From positions 1-58,139 of the forward strand of contig MQRK01170068.1 in NCBI GenBank assembly GCA_001938485.1: 58,139 nucleotides of DNA. Reading direction: 5' to 3'. The stretch is from Girardia tigrina. Its lineage: Eukaryota. Shown one piece after another: positions 53,107 to 58,139 of the stretch. The notes below the pieces were generated by a model, which was not told where the DNA came from, did no database searches, and was given only the letters and a program-made list of their open reading frames with translations. Position 1 is the stretch's first letter, and each line of letters opens with the position of its first letter. A program made the translations under genes and the position numbers.

Positions 53107-53265
53107 TTAACACGTTGATGGACATTTGCATCTAAAGCTATCAAAGCGAAGTTCGCTATGTGACATAACGGCAATAGCCGTCCAAAACGAAACTGTCGTT
53201 TTAAGACACTACGTATATAGCGGCACAAATGTACATTTATATAGTTATAGCCGCAACCTAATTAA
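53107..53265. repeat. Short dispersed repeat, possibly a piggyBac-like end; diverged inverted copy at ~16752-16823
   Basis: TTAA-CACGTTGATG start; shared CCGT.CAAA.CG..TGTCGTTTT block. Confidence 0.35.
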
Positions 53266-53966
53266 TGGTGCTGAATTAATTAAAATTAAGTTTATTTAAA
53301 CAGAAAGAGTAAAACTATACTTCTAATATTCTAAAAGTGACAAAAACATATAGTATTAATTTTCGAACATTACTTGTTCCCACTTTCCGTTAATGTGTTA
53401 ATAAAATTTACATTGTACTTTTCAATTAAATGTATCAAATGTAAATCCTTGTTAAATATCTGAATGAAAAATAATTCGTAATTTAAACATTATGAAAGTA
53501 GTTTACTTGAAATGGTTGTTATGAAGCTTATGATTATAAAATTTACTAAATATTATTTTTGTATAAATCATTATTTAAATATTTTGAGAGTTGTTTGAAC
53601 ATTAATTTTTGGATTAAGTTACTTAATTATTGACGCTTTTTACTTTAATTTCAAAATAATTTTCAACCTTTGAATTCAGAGCTTTAAATTTTTACATGTT
53701 ACTTCTACCATAAATTTGTCTGTGTTCTAGAATTCATTTGATGCTTTTCTTACATGTTTGGTATTACACCTATTAGACATTATTTCTAATACATAATGTA
53801 TAAATAGACTCAAAAAAGTAAGTGAATAATTATTATGAAACATATTCTCAAGTTTAGTATTAAACTTTTTATCCGACTGAAATATAATTTTAATCAGTCA
53901 ATAGTCCCAAATTATAGTTATCGTGATATATATATATTAGTTTTGTGAACGCTAATTTGATATTAT

Positions 53967-54398
53967 GTAGTCAATGGCCTCAGTTAGGTACGTCGGATCT
54001 CGTCCGATCTCCGAGGTTTAGCAACCAAAGGCTGCGTTAGTACTTATTTGGGTGACCAATAGGGAAATTGTGGGGCCATTGACTACACTACAGGACAGGC
54101 AATCTGTCTGCTACAGGTACCATGTAAACCTGTAATACCTGTCCCATGGTCGAATAGTTGGCGACTAAACCGGCCGCATCACTTAGAGTAACCTGCGTGA
54201 AGAGGTGTGTGGACACCTAGAAGGATGAAAAACAAAACCTAGCAAAGGGCGGATGAGCTCCTTGGAGCCAACGGCCATCCATACCTGGAGAGGAGATGGG
54301 CGCCACCAGGTTCCTTGCCTACTGAGACACTCAAATATATATGCAAACCCACGCATAATTGAGTGCACCCACAGTCCAAAGGCTACAGTACCAAAAAA
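53967..54398 (+). mobile_element. Full-length 5S rRNA-derived SINE (SINE3 type)
   Basis: Head contains GATCTCGTCCGATCTCCGAGGTTTAGC...GTTAGTACTT...TGGGTGACC...GGGAA (5S loop C, A-box, loop E, C-box-like). A8 tail. 13-bp TSD AATTTGATATTAT at 53954-53966 and 54399-54411. Confidence 0.9.
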
Positions 54399-55103
54399 AA
54401 TTTGATATTATTTTGAAATAATTTTGTTAAAGTTTTTGATGTTTTATTAATCATAATTAACCTTTATAATTTGTCAAGAAAAAGTTATTTTGAATGTTAA
54501 AGAAAAATTGTTGATATGTTTGAAGTTTTCCCTCGATACCCCATGTAAATTTGAACTTATATGAAGAGTTTATATAACTCAAAAAATATTTCTGTCAAAA
54601 ATTTGTATTTTTAAACAAATTATCGAGGAACATTTTTTCATTACATAAACACAAATAAATATTACTTTGATATAAAAACGACTATTTTAAATTTTGTAAT
54701 TTAAATTTCCATTATAAATTTCCTAAAGTACATTTAGAAATTAAAATTTTATATTCGATATTCTTTTGCAAATACCTTTACCAATTTACTTTTTTATATT
54801 TTACAATTCCAAAATTACATTTTCAGAACTTTATTTTTTAAATTACATTTTAAATTTCCCATTTACATTCTAAATATTTACATTCTAAGTTTTCTTAAAT
54901 TTCATTTAATAGTTGATGTTGTATATTGTGAAAATATGATTTTGTTTTCTTACTTCCTAATGTTTACATTTTACATTTTCTCAAAAAATCTTTTCGTTTC
55001 ACAAGTTTTTATTATAATATTCAAAAATTTGTGTCAATTCCAAAATACTAACAGTGGTAAAACTAAAAAAGTTTATAATTTATAAAGATTTAAACCCCCT
55101 TAC

Positions 55104-55262
55104 TCAATGATTTGTAACATTTTTATGATCTCCAATGTACGAGTTTTTACACGCGGGACAGTTAAATTTGTACACAAGATTAGCTTTCACTATTTTGTCA
55201 GTTTTGGATTTCATTGTAAGGTAATTTCTTACTTTGGATGTTACTGACACTATTTTAACATT
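55104..55262 (-). mobile_element. Penelope GIY-YIG fragment
   Basis: VKIVSVTSKV...ANLVYKFNCPACKNSYIGD; similar to 1415-1540. Confidence 0.85.
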
Positions 55263-55979
55263 GTTGGGATCTTGATCGAGATTAAGACTCATTAACACCA
55301 AAATTTTATTTGGAAAAAGTTTTTTAATTAATAAAGATTTTAATGTTTTATTTATTATCAATATTTCAATTTAAAAGCATTTTTACCTACAATTATTTTA
55401 AATACAATACAAATTTTAAATACAATATAAATAAAAAAAAATAATTTACAATATTCAAATTTTTATTATTAGAATAACTTTTAAAATTAGTACAAACATA
55501 ATTATCATTGTCTTTATATATTTCTTTTAAATCAATTATTTAAAAATCGATTATTTCCCAATTAATTTCAAAATAAGTTTTTACTCTACAATTAAAATTT
55601 GATTATTTCCGAAAATAACTTTTTAAAATTAATTAAGGTATAAACTTAAATTTGTTTAAAAACTTTTGATTTTAAATATTTCATTATTTTAGAGATTCTT
55701 TATAAAAATTAATTATTTCAAAAATTTTGAGAGTGAGCCTGTCCTTCACAAACATTATCGATATTTTTATAAATGTTATTTTTAAATCTTCTGAAACCGT
55801 CTTAATATGGAATTTTGATAATTTCAACGCGTTCCTCTTTATCATCATTCTTAGTTGTGTTAGTGTGGATTCAATCTATCATTAATTTAACATTTTTTCT
55901 ATTTGTTTATTCGGGTACATATTGTTATGCAAACGTTTCCTTAGAATGCCAAGTCCGTCACATGCTTTCGCAAAGGTTG

Positions 55980-56450
55980 AGGAAAGATTCCATATTCTAT
56001 GAATTTAACACTTGATCATACTATCTTTGTATCTCTCTTCACAGTACCTTTTTGATGTTGTATAAAGTCATGTGTCTGTTACCTTTATATACCAATCTGT
56101 TTCATATTTACCATTCACTCTTTTAACAAGAACATCCAAAAACGGGAGAGTATAATTAACCTCTAATTCTGTAGTAAAGTTAACATTATCATTAATAGAG
56201 TTCATGAAATTCAGAAATGATTTTATCTGGACTTTATCTTGGAAAACCAAGAAAATATCATCCATATATCGTTTATACATAGAAGGTCTTTCACCAGTAT
56301 ATGCATCCTTGTGACTTTCAATGAACTGCATGAATATTGAAGCTAATGTTGGAGCAAGTGGCGAACCCATTGCTACACCGTCTTTCTGAATGTACCATTC
56401 CTAATTGAAGAGAAATGAAACATTTTTGTACTAAACATCAGCAGTTCAAA
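55980..56450 (-). mobile_element. Penelope RT fragment
   Basis: YIQKDGVAMGSPLAPTLASIFM, YKRYMDDIFLVF, LPFLDVLV, WYIK.TDT. Confidence 0.92.
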
Positions 56451-57089
56451 TAATAACATTCTCTATAACATATGATTCTCTATGAAAAATGGAGTCGTGG
56501 AATAAAGTAAAAAAATAGTCTAATAATACAATTAAATTACCCATTTCAATTTATTTTTAAATTTAATAATAATAATGATATATAAAATAATAATAATAAT
56601 AAACAACATGGATAAAATGACTAGAATTTCTACAACCTCTTCAATTTCAATTTAGGAATCGAATATTCAAATATTAATCCCAGACTTCGGAATTATCTGT
56701 GATATTTTTGGTTTGTTACCTTTGTAAATTTTTTATTTTCTTAACCTGAAATTTTATTTATATTAAACTCAAATTTCAAATTCCTTTAATAATTGTGCTA
56801 TGATACTTATGATACTTAAAATGTAACTTGATCAATAATGCTATTCAATTAAAATGATGGATTAAATTATGTAACTTAGGAAGTTTTTCAGCAGAAATTT
56901 AATCAATCTAAATGGTTTATGTTCAAATTTAATTTTTTGGAGACTTGTGACCTTCTCTATAAACGAATTCTGGAACATAATCGAAGGGAAAGTGATAGCA
57001 ATTTTGATCAATAAAAGAATGAATTGTTAAAATAGTAAAGTGGATTAAAATAATTGTTTTAAATTTTGTGTTCACAATTTGGTATTTAC

Positions 57090-57129
57090 CGGGAGAGGCG
57101 ATGCGTGAATCATTGATGATCAAATCCAT
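57090..57129 (-). CDS. Candidate first coding exon of the PKA catalytic subunit
   Basis: ATG GAT TTG ATC ATC AAT GAT TCA CGC ATC GCC TCT CCC G|gtaaat = MDLIINDSRIASP plus a phase-1 donor, the phase required by the downstream exon. Lies in a TE-free, higher-complexity island (56880-57620). Confidence 0.55.
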
Positions 57130-58011
57130 TGATCCGAAAATCAATGGGCAAACATTTTATGGAAGTATTTTTATGATGATGAAAATACGTAATGATTACG
57201 AAAACATTGCTTTGATAATAAATTCGAATATATCCGTGTTCGTTTAGTCTGATGATGACTGTAGATCCGTCGAAATTATAACAATAAATTCTGATCAGTG
57301 TTTATTTTGTTTGCAAAACAATTTGCTATCATTATTTAATTATTTATATGAATGTTACTTTTATTCAACGATTTCTTGGTAAATTGTTTTTGTATATTTA
57401 TATATAAGAGAAAATATACAAGAGAATGGCTTGACGATGGATATAATTTCTCGGAATATGTTGTTTTGTTTTAAGGTCCTGCGTGTAAATGTTCATTTTC
57501 ACAACTGTTTTTGTATTAAATTTTTGAGTTTATATTGTTCATTTTAAATAATAAAAATCACTTTTTCGTTGACCGAATCTTCCTGCTAGGATTGCATAAT
57601 GGGTCATAACTTTGACAATAATACACAGATTATGTTGTTCTTTAATATAAAGAAAACTTTTTTTAATGTTATTAGGTTCGCGTTTAAAATTGGAAGTCAT
57701 AATTTTGTAAACTTTATTTCTATTACAATTTTCATTATTGAAACAAATTTATGAGGAACAAAATTTTAATTACATAATCCAGATCTCAAAATTCTAAATA
57801 TAAATAATAATATCTATAAATATATAAATATGTTATTTTATTCAATTTTGATTTTCTTTTGATTTTAAATCATTCCATTATAAATTATTTCTTTTTAATT
57901 TGTTTTTTAATATAATTGCAAAAATAACTTACAAATTTAAAATACTAAAATATTTAGCAATATTTAAATTTATTATTATTTAATAGAGATTCATTAATTA
58001 TAAAATTTTTA

Positions 58012-58046
<35 letters not shown>

Positions 58047-58139
58047 CAGTCAACCCTCATTAATCCGAAAAATTAAAAATCGAATTCCTTTCGGATTGTG
58101 AAATAATTCGGATAATGAGGGAATATAAAATCAATATTA
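58047..58139 (+). mobile_element. Left end of a Tigger/pogo-like element in (TA)n, truncated by the window
   Basis: TA-CAGTCAACCCTCATTAATCCG start with internal inverted CCTCATTA.TCCGAA/TTCGGATAATGAGG. Confidence 0.6.

Larger units (their letters stand above)
883..58046. repeat. Dispersed (TA)n microsatellites (883, 1882, 2556, 7380, 11578, 17974, 18489, 21717, 25109, 45545, 58012)
   Basis: Directly visible; most abut a transposon end. Confidence 0.95.

Noticed and set aside
53967-54086. Functional 5S rRNA gene
   Set aside because: No oligo-T terminator after nt 120, helix I is replaced, and the unit continues to a poly(A) tail with a TSD, so it is a retroposed SINE.
57173-57252. C/D-box snoRNA (ATGATGA...CTGA)
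   Set aside because: Antisense to the host gene, no terminal stem, and only a short (~8 nt) possible rRNA complement.
57213-57295. Hammerhead-like CTGATGA-T-GAC...GTC-GAAA
   Set aside because: Stem II is only 3 bp, stem I cannot be closed convincingly, and there is no palindromic loop III.

Overview
AT-rich eukaryotic (invertebrate) genomic DNA with assembly gaps. A planarian/flatworm-like origin is my inference only. Almost the whole window appears to be intron of one minus-strand host gene, a cAMP-dependent protein kinase (PKA) catalytic subunit, which the ORF track misses. It has a candidate first exon at 57090-57129, a candidate 36-nt microexon at 22512-22547, and conserved exons at 22260-22321 and 19191-19319. 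The next exon was not found, so it lies left of the window or in a gap. The introns hold decayed mobile DNA from many superfamilies: mariner, Tc1 (IR-DR and IS630-like), rosa, pogo/Tigger, hAT, a Helitron, two Ty3/gypsy elements, several Penelope-like elements, an RLE-type non-LTR element and an RTE-like LINE. The most notable unannotated items are: (1) a complete 5S-rRNA-derived SINE (53967-54398) with a 13-bp TSD, whose 120-nt head shows compensatory base changes and a rebuilt ~16-bp terminal helix; (2) minimal hammerhead ribozymes in Penelope pseudo-LTRs, including an apparently ORF-less palindromic unit embedded in (TA)n; (3) a TGT...ACA, 5-bp-TSD (Ginger-like) non-autonomous element; (4) a 21-bp tandem array of RFX X-box motifs. 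All calls come from reading the sequence by eye; no searches were run.
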